From Eubacteriales bacterium (GTDB lineage Bacteria; Bacillota; Clostridia; Oscillospirales; CAG-272), in assembly GCA_045536155.1 (NCBI GenBank), contig JAZSMZ010000050.1, positions 1 through 46,541 of the forward strand: 46,541 nt of DNA. Reading direction: 5' to 3'. Numbering within the stretch: position 1 is the first letter of the stretch; each line of letters starts with the position of its first letter. Of the stretch, positions 1 through 8,202 are shown in pieces. A program made the translations under genes and the position numbers. The notes beneath the pieces are model-generated. The model had not been told where the DNA came from, did not search any database, and was given only the letters and a program-made list of their open reading frames with translations.

Positions 1-2
1 AA

Positions 3-2342
3 AAATACGGCGGCAAGTGCCCCACCGTCGGCTATACTCCCTCGTCATGGGGTCAGACCGGCCAGTATCCGCAGATACTCAAGAACTTCGGCATCAACTA
101 CATGATGTTCTACCGCGGAATCTCCCATCACGAGGCTCCCGCCGAATATATCTGGCAAGCTCCCGACGGAACAGAGGTTCTCGCCAGCCGTTTTGCGCTT
201 TACTGCCGCTATAACTGGTACTATCAGGTACACAGAAGCGTTTCGAGAAACAGAGTATGGTCAAAGGATTACAAATGGGGCGAATTTGACGAGGCTCCTT
301 TCCGCCGCGCCGACGGATTTGTAGGTCCCTCCATTAACTACGATCTTAAAGCTCCCGTTGCCAACTATGAAAAGGAAAACCTCAAAAAGGCGATCCTCGA
401 TATGCTCAAAGAGGAGGACGGTCATTTTACAACGCCCGTGTTCCTCGGAATGAACGGTCACGATATCTCTGTCGGATATCCCAGAGAAAGCGAAGTCATC
501 AAGGACGCAAAGAAGCTCTTTGAGGGCGAGATCGAGATCGAGCACACCAACCTCGAGGGATTCTGGGACGATGCCGAGAAGTATCTCGACCGCGAAAAGA
601 TGACCGTGCTCAAGGGCGAGCGCCGCTCCTATCTCAAAGAGGGCAAGTGGACCTATCTTTTCCCCGGCACCATCAGCGCAAGAACCTACTTAAAACAGGC
701 CGATTTTGATGCATATACCGCACTTTGCTACGTTGCCGAGCCGCTCAATGCGCTTGCAGGCAACGACAGCACCAACTACTTAAAGCGCGGCTGGAAATAT
801 CTCATTTCCAATCACTCGCACGATGCAAACGGCGGATGCGCTCCCGACACTGTATGCAAGGATATGGAATACCGTTTCAGAAAGGCAAAGGACATCGCCG
901 ATATCATCGCCGACGATGCAATGGTTTCCATTGCAAAGAACCTCTCGCCCGAAGGACAGGACAAGGATGTTGTTCAGCTTGTTGTGTATAACACCCTTCC
1001 TTTCAAACGCGATGTTATCGTTCCTCTTGACCTTGAGCTTCCCGAACATCTCGGTAAGGGATTCAGCATCGACGGCGTGAAGATCCAGATCATCCAGAGC
1101 GAAAAGTCGAGCATTTTCGTCGATAATATCTGGGAAGTGCCCACCATTCTTAACTCCATGCATCACAGAGCATACGCCGAGATCAAGGACGTTCCCGCAC
1201 TCGGTTATAAGGTACTCGAGATCAAGGCAAATCCGCACAAGATCCAAAAACGCCCCGGCATCGCCCTCGGCAACGTGCTCAAAAACTCCAAGATCAAGGC
1301 AACGGTCAATGCAAACGGTACCATTGACGTTCTCTATAAGGAAACCGGCAAGGAATATAAGGGACTCAATTTCTACACGTCGCAGGGTGAAGTGGGCAAT
1401 GCATGGAAGCATGAAAGCCCCGAATTTGACAGAAAATATTCTTCGATCGGTGCAAATGCCAAAGTTTATGTCACCGAAAGCGGCGAGCTTTCGGGCACCA
1501 TCGTAACAGAGATCAACTTTGAAGTTCCCGAAAGCTGTGCAGTTAATCCCAACGATATCTACACAAGCATTCCGATAAAGACCAGTTACACGCTTGATGC
1601 CGATGCCGATTACATCAAGGTCAACGTAGAGCTTGTCAACAACGCCAAGGACCATTGGCTGCGTGCCAATTTCCCGACCGGAATCAAGTGCGAATATTCC
1701 GTTTGCGACAGCCATTATGACATTGTAAAACATGATATTGCCATCCCCGATTCGACTGGTTGGGTAGAGCAGGCATTCGGCACACAGCCTCTGCGCACAT
1801 TTGCAGAGGTAACCGATGGCGAAAACGGTCTTGCCGTTATGCCCAAGGGTCTGTTCGAATATGAGGTGTTCGACGACACCACCATGGCGCTCACACTTAT
1901 CCGTGCCTGCCGCATCAAGCTGGCCGTTTCCGAGGAAAAGGTCACCGAGCTTGAGGACGAGGGTGTACAGTGCCCCGGCAAGCGCAGCTTCGAATATGCA
2001 ATCCACTTCAACCGCGGCGAGTACAACGAGCTGCCCAATAAGGCTGCCGAGATATTTGCACCCGTCAAGTGCGCGGTATGCGGACGCGGCAAGGGCGATC
2101 TCGCTCACGAAAGCTCTCTTGTTTCCATCGAAAACAAAAACGTCCACGTCACCGCCATCAAGCGTGCCGAGGACGGAGAGGGCATCATCGTTCGCTTCTA
2201 CAATCCTACAAACGTCGTTCAGAACGTTTCCATCAAGGCCGAGGGCAAGATGTACCTTTGCAAGATGGACGAAAGCGTCGTAGGCGACTACCTGCCGAGC
2301 GTTGAACCGAAGAAGATCGTTACCGTACGCATAGTTAAATAA
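3..2342 (+). CDS. Glycoside hydrolase family 38 (alpha-mannosidase-like), 5' end cut by window edge
   Basis: Frame 3 is open from nt 3 (KYGGKCPTVGYTPSSWGQTGQYPQILKNFGINYMMFYRG), so the Met at 102 is internal. GH38-like strings: PQILKNFGI..FYRG, EYIWQAPDGTEVL, NHSHDANGGCAPD. Stop at 2340-2342 is followed by a hairpin. Confidence 0.72.
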   Translation, partial: KYGGKCPTVGYTPSSWGQTGQYPQILKNFGINYMMFYRGISHHEAPAEYIWQAPDGTEVLASRFALYCRYNWYYQVHRSVSRNRVWSKDYKWGEFDEAPFRRADGFVGPSINYDLKAPVANYEKENLKKAILDMLKEEDGHFTTPVFLGMNGHDISVGYPRESEVIKDAKKLFEGEIEIEHTNLEGFWDDAEKYLDREKMTVLKGERRSYLKEGKWTYLFPGTISARTYLKQADFDAYTALCYVAEPLNALAGNDSTNYLKRGWKYLISNHSHDANGGCAPDTVCKDMEYRFRKAKDIADIIADDAMVSIAKNLSPEGQDKDVVQLVVYNTLPFKRDVIVPLDLELPEHLGKGFSIDGVKIQIIQSEKSSIFVDNIWEVPTILNSMHHRAYAEIKDVPALGYKVLEIKANPHKIQKRPGIALGNVLKNSKIKATVNANGTIDVLYKETGKEYKGLNFYTSQGEVGNAWKHESPEFDRKYSSIGANAKVYVTESGELSGTIVTEINFEVPESCAVNPNDIYTSIPIKTSYTLDADADYIKVNVELVNNAKDHWLRANFPTGIKCEYSVCDSHYDIVKHDIAIPDSTGWVEQAFGTQPLRTFAEVTDGENGLAVMPKGLFEYEVFDDTTMALTLIRACRIKLAVSEEKVTELEDEGVQCPGKRSFEYAIHFNRGEYNELPNKAAEIFAPVKCAVCGRGKGDLAHESSLVSIENKNVHVTAIKRAEDGEGIIVRFYNPTNVVQNVSIKAEGKMYLCKMDESVVGDYLPSVEPKKIVTVRIVK

Positions 2343-2350
2343 GCAAAAAT

Positions 2351-2390
2351 AGCCTTTTTCCGTCCGCTCGGACGGAAAAGGGCTGTTTAT
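2351..2390 (+). terminator. Rho-independent terminator after the GH38 gene
   Basis: 15-bp stem AGCCTTTTTCCGTCC / GGACGGAAAAGGGCT with loop GCTC, followed by GTTTAT (weak U-tract). Confidence 0.6.
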
Positions 2391-2411
2391 ATGCAAATTT
2401 TGAGGATTTTT

Positions 2412-3110
2412 ATGGGTGAAAAGAAAAAAACGGTGTTTTTCAGCGAATGGGCATACGTGGTGGGACTGATATTTCTTGCCATAGGCGTTGTCTTTTCCGA
2501 AAAATCGAATTTCGGGGTATCTATGATCGTTGCTCCCGCCTACGTTATTTACAGATTTGTAAATCCGTTCTGGAGCGCTTTCACATTCGGCATGGCGGAA
2601 TACTGCTTGCAGGCGGTTCTGCTTATCATTATGTGCCTCGTTATAAGGAGCTTTAAAATAAGCTATCTGCTCTCCTTTGTCACAGCATTCGTATACGGTT
2701 GGATACTTGACGCTTTTATGCTGCTCGGTCAGTTTTTGCCCGATGCATATATCTGGCAGAGAGGAATATATTATTTACTCGGAATGCTTTTTGCGGCTAT
2801 GGGAGTTTCGATGATGTTCCGCACGTATATCTCTGCTGAGGTATATGAGCTGCTCGTCAAGGAGATATCGCAAAAATTCAGCATCAATATCCACAAATTC
2901 AAAACCGGATACGACTTTTTCAGCTTTCTTTTGGCGGTGGTACTCAGCTTTGTCTTTTTCGGCTTCGGCAATTTTGTGGGAGTCGGCTGGGGAACGGTTG
3001 TATGCGCGGCAGTAAACGGATTTATCATCAGCCGTTTTTCAAAGCTGTACGATAGGATCTTTGAATTTAAAGATGCACTGAAATGGCGCACATTTTTTGA
3101 AAATAAATAA
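2412..3110 (+). CDS. YczE/DUF6198-like multi-pass membrane protein
   Basis: ATG at 2412 is preceded by GAGGA. Hydrophobic, about 6 TM segments. The N-terminal NFGVSMIVAPAYVIY resembles the dlGvSp..S.pyv motif of this family. Family call is from memory only. Confidence 0.5.
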   Translation: MGEKKKTVFFSEWAYVVGLIFLAIGVVFSEKSNFGVSMIVAPAYVIYRFVNPFWSAFTFGMAEYCLQAVLLIIMCLVIRSFKISYLLSFVTAFVYGWILDAFMLLGQFLPDAYIWQRGIYYLLGMLFAAMGVSMMFRTYISAEVYELLVKEISQKFSINIHKFKTGYDFFSFLLAVVLSFVFFGFGNFVGVGWGTVVCAAVNGFIISRFSKLYDRIFEFKDALKWRTFFENK

Positions 3111-3130
3111 AGAGAAATCAGGAATATCCA

Positions 3131-4393
3131 ATGAACATTTTCAGACCAAAGCTTTTTGATACGCTTCGCTCATACACAAAAAAACAGTTCGTTTCCGACC
3201 TTATAGCCGGACTTATCGTTGCAATCATCGCACTTCCGTTGTCGATAGCCCTTGCTATTGCATCGGGTGTATCTCCCGAAAAGGGACTTTATACCGCTAT
3301 CGTTGCGGGATTCGTTATCGCTTTGCTCGGCGGCAGCCGTGTAAATATTTCGGGTCCGACGGCCGCATTCGCCGCTATTGTTGCGGGAATCGTGGCAGAG
3401 CATGGAGTTGAAGGGCTGGCCGTTGCCACGCTCATGGCAGGTGCAATACTCATCATAATGGGATTTTTGCGCCTCGGCTCGCTTATCAAATACATACCCG
3501 AAAGCATTACTGTCGGCTTTACCTCGGGTATCGCTGTCACCATCGTGATCGGTCAGATAAAGGATTTTCTCGGTCTCACCTTTGCCGAAGGCACTAACGC
3601 CGTTGAGGCAGTTGAAAAGATCGAGGCGATAGCACACTCAATAGATACTTTTAACCCCTGGGCGCTCGGCGTCGGACTCGTCGCGCTCGCCATACTCATT
3701 GTCTGGCCCTTTGTAAGCAAAAAGATTCCCGGCTCGCTCGTTGCGGTGCTGATTATGACATTGGTGGTCGCCTTTGCAAATCTGCGCGTCAATACCATCG
3801 GCGATCTTTACACCATAAGCGCATCGCTCCCGCCGTTCACCTTGCCGAAATTCGGCGACGTTGATATAGTCGCGCTTATCCCGAATGCATTTACCATAGC
3901 GATCCTTGCCGCCATCGAGTCGCTGCTCTCCTGCGTAGTATCTGACAAGATGATCGATGATACGCATAACTCAAACACCGAGCTTATCGCGCAGGGAACG
4001 GGTAATATCTGCTCCGCACTTTTCGGCGGTATCCCCGCAACCGGTGCGATAGCAAGAACTGCGGCCAACGTCAAAAACGGCGGTCAGTCGCCCATTTCGG
4101 GAATGATCCATGCCGCAGTGCTCCTTTTGGTGCTTGTGGTGCTCATGCCCTATGCCGCATTCATTCCGATGCCCGTAATCGCGGCGGTGCTTTTCATGGT
4201 TGCATATAACATGAGCGAATGGCGCCACTTTGCAGCGATCTGCAAAAAAGCGCCGATATACGAAACGCTCGTGCTCGTGCTGACATTTGTGCTCACCGTA
4301 GTATTCGACCTTGTTGTGGCAATCGCGGTCGGACTCGCGGTGCATTACGCGATAGTGTTGATAAAAAAGATAATTCAAAAGAAAAAAGCGTAG
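3131..4393 (+). CDS. SulP family inorganic anion transporter, no STAS domain
   Basis: N-terminus DLIAGLIVAIIALPLSIALAIASGVSPEKGLYTAIVAGFVIALLGGSRVNISGPTAAF is typical of the SulP core. Only 420 aa, and it ends in the membrane domain with a KKIIQKKKA tail. Confidence 0.85.
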   Translation: MNIFRPKLFDTLRSYTKKQFVSDLIAGLIVAIIALPLSIALAIASGVSPEKGLYTAIVAGFVIALLGGSRVNISGPTAAFAAIVAGIVAEHGVEGLAVATLMAGAILIIMGFLRLGSLIKYIPESITVGFTSGIAVTIVIGQIKDFLGLTFAEGTNAVEAVEKIEAIAHSIDTFNPWALGVGLVALAILIVWPFVSKKIPGSLVAVLIMTLVVAFANLRVNTIGDLYTISASLPPFTLPKFGDVDIVALIPNAFTIAILAAIESLLSCVVSDKMIDDTHNSNTELIAQGTGNICSALFGGIPATGAIARTAANVKNGGQSPISGMIHAAVLLLVLVVLMPYAAFIPMPVIAAVLFMVAYNMSEWRHFAAICKKAPIYETLVLVLTFVLTVVFDLVVAIAVGLAVHYAIVLIKKIIQKKKA

Positions 4394-4469
4394 AAAAACG
4401 ACCTCGCTTAAAGGGTGGTTCTTATAAGGAAGTTTAATTAAACTTGATTCGCAGAAAACAAATAATTAA

Positions 4470-4507
4470 CCCCAACAGATTTTTCAAAACCTGTTGGGGG
4501 CTTTTTA
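4470..4507. terminator. Bidirectional terminator between the convergent SulP and orphan genes
   Basis: Stem CCCCAACAG (4470-4478) / CTGTTGGGG (4491-4499). T-run CTTTTT on the plus side and a T-rich run on the minus side. Confidence 0.7.
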
Positions 4508-4858
4508 TGTCAAGTCATATGTTCTATAGCCTAATTGTGTAATTGCTTTTTGCAATTGATGAAATCGCTGTATTCTGTTTCCAAAAAGAATCTTTTTGCC
4601 AGACAGATTACAAATATAAAGTCTCTTAAAATAAATCATGGTTTTGATACCGTTTGTATTCAAGCAAAAGTATTTACCTTCAGCATTTCTATCGCCAACA
4701 CACATTCCATTAGAATCACCGTATTCATTTTTAAAGTTGTCAGCACAAATATTAAGGTCTATGGTATGAAAGTCTTTTCCATCTCGGACAATAATACTTG
4801 AATTGCTTTGGTTGATTGCAATTATATTGTGATCATAAACTTTTACAAGTCCGTACAT
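4505..4858 (-). CDS. Hypothetical 117-aa protein (AT-rich orphan)
   Basis: Clean ORF with ATG preceded by AGAGGAAAAT. Markedly AT-rich compared with its neighbours. I recognise no family. Confidence 0.55.
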   Translation of the reverse strand: MYGLVKVYDHNIIAINQSNSSIIVRDGKDFHTIDLNICADNFKNEYGDSNGMCVGDRNAEGKYFCLNTNGIKTMIYFKRLYICNLSGKKILFGNRIQRFHQLQKAITQLGYRTYDLT

Positions 4859-4906
4859 ATTTTCCTCTATTTTATCGCCAGTTTCGCATTTGTATTACAA
4901 ACGCTT

Positions 4907-5081
4907 TGGGCATAGCCCATACCCCTTGTAGGGCGGTGCCTTGGTGCCGCCGTTGTCTAAATTGCGGCGGGAGCAAGCCCCGCCCTACGATGTAACCCCA
5001 TTATATCATAAATCGGCAGAGAAAACAAGTTCTCTGCCGAAATTTGTTTGTTGCGGGTCGCCGAGGACGTCGACCCCTACA
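4907..5081. repeat. Cluster of GC-rich hairpin elements sharing a GTAGGG / CCCTAC flank (REP-like)
   Basis: GTAGGGCGGTGCCTTGGTGCCGCC (4928-4951). CGGCGGGAGCAAGCCCCGCCCTAC (4965-4988, inverted relative to the first). GCGGGTCGCCGAGGACGTCGACCCCTACA (5053-5081). Small hairpin TGGGCATAGCCCA (4907-4919). Confidence 0.7.
5005..5040 (-). terminator. Terminator of the paaK-ACT operon
   Basis: 11-bp stem TCGGCAGAGAA / TTCTCTGCCGA (5013-5023 / 5030-5040) with loop AACAAG. On the minus strand it is followed by TTTATGATAT. Confidence 0.6.
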
Positions 5082-5134
5082 AATGTTGTGTTAAACATCC
5101 TTACGATAAGAAGCCTAAGCGAGGTCATTTTTTA

Positions 5135-5566
5135 TTACAGCTTGTTAATATCTGCCTGAGTTATGATGTGGAAATTCGCGTTTTCAAGCACATTTTCGGC
5201 TTCAAAGTTATCTTCAACTCTCAATACAACGTATGCGTGCTTTTCGGTGCGTGCCATAAATGCGTACAGATATTCAATATTTATATTTGCCTGATCGAGA
5301 ACATCGAGTGCCGATGTGAGCTTGCCGGGCGCATCGCCGATCTTTACGCCGACAACGTCAACAGTCTTGATAAGATATCCCTGCTCCATAAGCACCTTTT
5401 CCGCTGCCTGTTCATCGTTGACGATCAGACGGAGGATGCCGAAATCTTCCGTTTCGGCGATAGAGAGGGCTCTGATGTTGATATCGTTTTTCGCCAGAAT
5501 ATCGGTTACCGAAACCAGTGCGCCTTTTTGGTTTTGTACGAATACTGTCAACTGTTTAATAGCCAT
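5135..5566 (-). CDS. ACT domain-containing protein (PaaK-associated type)
   Basis: 143 aa with tandem ACT-like halves (VFVQNQKGALVSVTDILAKNDINIRALS ; VKIGDAPGKLTSALDVLDQANINIEYLYAF). RBS GGAGGAAG. Lies 14 nt downstream of paaK. Confidence 0.8.
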   Translation of the reverse strand: MAIKQLTVFVQNQKGALVSVTDILAKNDINIRALSIAETEDFGILRLIVNDEQAAEKVLMEQGYLIKTVDVVGVKIGDAPGKLTSALDVLDQANINIEYLYAFMARTEKHAYVVLRVEDNFEAENVLENANFHIITQADINKL

Positions 5567-5580
5567 TTTTTCTTCCTCCT

Positions 5581-6888
5581 TTAAATAAGTTTGCGTTTAT
5601 CAATAACGCGGACCGCTTTACCCTCGCTTCGAGCGATAGTCTTGGGTGCAACAAGATGTACTGCAGGGTTAATGCCGAGCATGGTCTTCATTGCGTTTGC
5701 AAGCGATTTTTCCATTGCCATGATGTCGCTGATCTTGTCGGTAAACATTTCGGGAGTCATTTCGACGTTTACATCAAAGGTGTCGTTGTTCTTTACGCGG
5801 TCAACTACGATCTGATAGTTGGGCTGATAGCCCTCGCTGAGAAGAACGGTTTCTATCTGGCTCGGGAAGACGTTTACGCCGCGAATGATAAGCATATCGT
5901 CGGTTCTTCCCATCGGCTTTGCCATTTTAACCAGTGTACGTCCGCAGGAGCACTTTTTGCGTGAAAGAACGCATATATCGCGAGTGCGGTAACGAAGGAG
6001 GGGGAAGGCTTCTTTATCAAGGGAGGTGAACACCAGCTCGCCCTTTTCGCCTTCGGGGAGCACTTCGCCCGTTTCGGGGTCAATGATTTCTGCATAGAAG
6101 TGGTCCTCGTTAACGTGCATACCCGTCTGCTCGCAGCATTCGAATGCAACGCCGGGGCCGCTTGTTTCGGTAAGACCGTAAATATCGTATGCCTTGATTC
6201 CGAGAATTTCTTCGATTCCGTGGCGCATTTCTTCTGTCCAGGGCTCGGCACCGAAAATACCTGCTTTGAGCGGAATATCCTCGGGCTTGTATCCAATTTC
6301 CTTTAAGCTTTCGCCTATGTATGCGGCATAGGAGGGTGTGCAGCAGAGAATGGTTGCGCCGAGGTCGTTCATGAACTGGATCTGGCGCTCGGTGTTGCCC
6401 GACGACATGGGAAGAGTGAGACAGCCGACCTTGTGCGAACCGCCGTTAAGACCGGGACCGCCGGTGAAAAGACCGTAGCCGTATGCAACCTGGCACACAT
6501 CTTTCTTTGTGCCTCCTGCGGCCACGATGGCGCGGGCACAGCAGTCTTCCCAAAGATCGATATCATGCTGAGTGTAGAATGCAACAACGCGTCTGCCCGT
6601 TGTGCCAGACGTCGACTGAATGCGCACACATTCGTCGAGCGGCTTTGCAAGAAGACCGTAGGGATAAGCATCGCGAAGGTCTGCCTTTGTAAGGAAAGGG
6701 AGCTTTGAAAGATCCTCGATGCCCTTAATATCATCGGGAGTAACACCCTTTTTGTCCATCAGATCTCGGTAGTAGGGCACGTTTTCGTAGACGTGCTTTA
6801 CCTGCTTTACAAGCTTTTCAGACTGAAGCTTTCGCATCTCTTCGGCAGACATCGTTTCAATTTCTTTTTGATAGTAGTTTTGTGCCAT
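5581..6888 (-). CDS. paaK: Phenylacetate--CoA ligase family protein (PaaK-like adenylate-forming enzyme)
   Basis: Start taken at MAQNYYQKEIETMSAEEMRKLQSEKL (ATG 6888, RBS AAAGGA). The track's longer ORF runs into the T-box terminator. Family strings: YPYGLLA, IQSTSGTTGRRVV, YGLTETSGPGVAFEC, RYRTRD, IIRGVNVFPSQIE. Confidence 0.85.
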   Translation of the reverse strand: MAQNYYQKEIETMSAEEMRKLQSEKLVKQVKHVYENVPYYRDLMDKKGVTPDDIKGIEDLSKLPFLTKADLRDAYPYGLLAKPLDECVRIQSTSGTTGRRVVAFYTQHDIDLWEDCCARAIVAAGGTKKDVCQVAYGYGLFTGGPGLNGGSHKVGCLTLPMSSGNTERQIQFMNDLGATILCCTPSYAAYIGESLKEIGYKPEDIPLKAGIFGAEPWTEEMRHGIEEILGIKAYDIYGLTETSGPGVAFECCEQTGMHVNEDHFYAEIIDPETGEVLPEGEKGELVFTSLDKEAFPLLRYRTRDICVLSRKKCSCGRTLVKMAKPMGRTDDMLIIRGVNVFPSQIETVLLSEGYQPNYQIVVDRVKNNDTFDVNVEMTPEMFTDKISDIMAMEKSLANAMKTMLGINPAVHLVAPKTIARSEGKAVRVIDKRKLI

Positions 6889-6944
6889 TTTTGATTCATC
6901 CTTTCTTTTTGAGCCTGAAACTCGTTTTTTGCTCGGAGTGAGAG

Positions 6945-7245
6945 GAGAAAACAAAACGTCCTCTGCATTCCGAAAGGGAAGATCCCTTTGAATACAGAGG
7001 ACGAAAATCACATTTCCGTGGTACCACCTCAGTTCGCCGCCATCTCACGGTAGCGGCCTTGTCGGGTACGAACATACCCTTGTTCTGTAACGGGAACTCC
7101 CGTTGCATCCTACTACGGATCTCTCCGATTCAGCGCACTGCTAACAGAATGAATTCAATAAGGACGTCCCCATTGCCTCGCACCGACCGGCAACTCTCTC
7201 AAGGTTCTTTCCAAATTTACTGCTTTCTGATCTCTGCATTTGTTT
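6945..7245 (-). promoter_or_regulatory. T-box riboswitch leader, probable Phe (UUC) specifier
   Basis: On the minus strand: AGTA / GAA S-turn pair, AGAGAG bulge, distal loop GGTCGGTGCGA, and specifier context GAA-TTC-A (TTC = 7153..7151). T-box sequence AACTGAGGTGGTACCACGG (about 7016-7035). Terminator GTCCTCTGTATTC...GAATGCAGAGGAC (7002..6958) plus GTTTTGTTTT. Confidence 0.85.
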
Positions 7246-7251
7246 GGATTT

Positions 7252-7280
7252 ATTATATCACTTTACAACGGTAAAGTCAA
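7252..7280 (-). promoter_or_regulatory. Sigma-A type promoter of the T-box/paaK operon
   Basis: Minus strand TTGACT (7280..7275), 17-nt spacer, extended -10 TGATATAAT (TATAAT = 7257..7252). Confidence 0.7.
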
Positions 7281-7315
7281 TAGTTTTTTGAAATTTTTGC
7301 ACAAGCGGCATCGCT

Positions 7316-8188
7316 TCAAATATCTTTTTCCTCGTCGCTCGGAGGCTCAGTACGATTTTTATATTTTTCCACCAAGGTATCATAACGCTTTTGATATTTT
7401 TCTGCCTTTGCGATATCGTCAAGACTCTTCGGTGTTCGTCTCCCAATAATTGAATAGCAATCGTCACTGTAATTTTCCACACAATCAAGTCCTTCTTTAA
7501 CTTGAGGCAGTTTCGATTTGAGGTATGCGAATTGCTGAAAGGTAAAGAAACTGTCGGGGATACATAATATTTCAAGATTAGTGCATTTTGAAAGTATATT
7601 AAGATAATATTCGCTCGGCTTGTCTTTGACAATATCTATGCGTAACTCCTTCAAACAGGGCATATCAGCGACAAAGCCGAAGTCATCAATATGCATTTTA
7701 GACGTAAATGAAGATAAGCTGTTACAGCCAAACAAACGAAGCAAGCTTATCGAGCTGCCGCGAAAAGAAGAAAAATCGGACACCTTATAATAGTCGGTCA
7801 TTATAAAGCTTTTCAAATGGGTGTTTTTCTTTACGTCCCAGAGCGAATCCTGCTTCGTGTTCCAGGTGAATTCGATGAATTCAAGCATAGAACACTTTTC
7901 GAATGGTCTAAAATCAAATTGCCGGTTATGCTTTGTCTTTGGGGAAATAGAAATCCATTCGATAAAATCGGAGATAAGATAGATGATATATTCAAACTCG
8001 TCTTGGGCATCAAAGGCCAAGACAGCACGCTTGGGTTTTTGGGTTTGAATGTATTTCGCAAAATCATCGTGCGAATAATAATTGCCCTCTAACATAAAGC
8101 ATTGGTTGCCTATTTTATCGGTAAAGGTAATGTAATGCCAAAGATTATGGCCGTGCATACGGTCGGCTATAAATATAAGCTCTCGCAT
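7316..8188 (-). CDS. Hypothetical protein with leucine-rich-repeat-like segments (AT-rich orphan)
   Basis: ATG at 8188 (MRELIFIADRM) with AAGGAA 9 nt upstream; the track start at 8212 is a GTG inside the upstream gene. LRR-like stretch: LKSFIMTDY..ISLLRLFGCNSLSSF..MPCLKELRIDIV..CTNLEILCIPD. AT-rich. Confidence 0.6.
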   Translation of the reverse strand: MRELIFIADRMHGHNLWHYITFTDKIGNQCFMLEGNYYSHDDFAKYIQTQKPKRAVLAFDAQDEFEYIIYLISDFIEWISISPKTKHNRQFDFRPFEKCSMLEFIEFTWNTKQDSLWDVKKNTHLKSFIMTDYYKVSDFSSFRGSSISLLRLFGCNSLSSFTSKMHIDDFGFVADMPCLKELRIDIVKDKPSEYYLNILSKCTNLEILCIPDSFFTFQQFAYLKSKLPQVKEGLDCVENYSDDCYSIIGRRTPKSLDDIAKAEKYQKRYDTLVEKYKNRTEPPSDEEKDI

Positions 8189-8202
8189 ATTTTTGCCGTT
8201 CC

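Noticed and set aside
780-2396. 538-aa ORF on the minus strand
   Set aside because: It lies entirely antisense to the GH38 gene, which has recognisable family motifs. Its composition (V/G/A/L-rich) is typical of a shadow ORF, and it has no RBS.
5048-5584. 178-aa plus-strand ORF
   Set aside because: It is antisense to the ACT-domain gene and begins inside the GC-hairpin repeat cluster.
6889-7011. N-terminal extension of paaK as listed in the ORF track (start 7011)
   Set aside because: The extension is the translated T-box terminator. The ATG at 6888 has an RBS and begins the conserved PaaK N-terminus.
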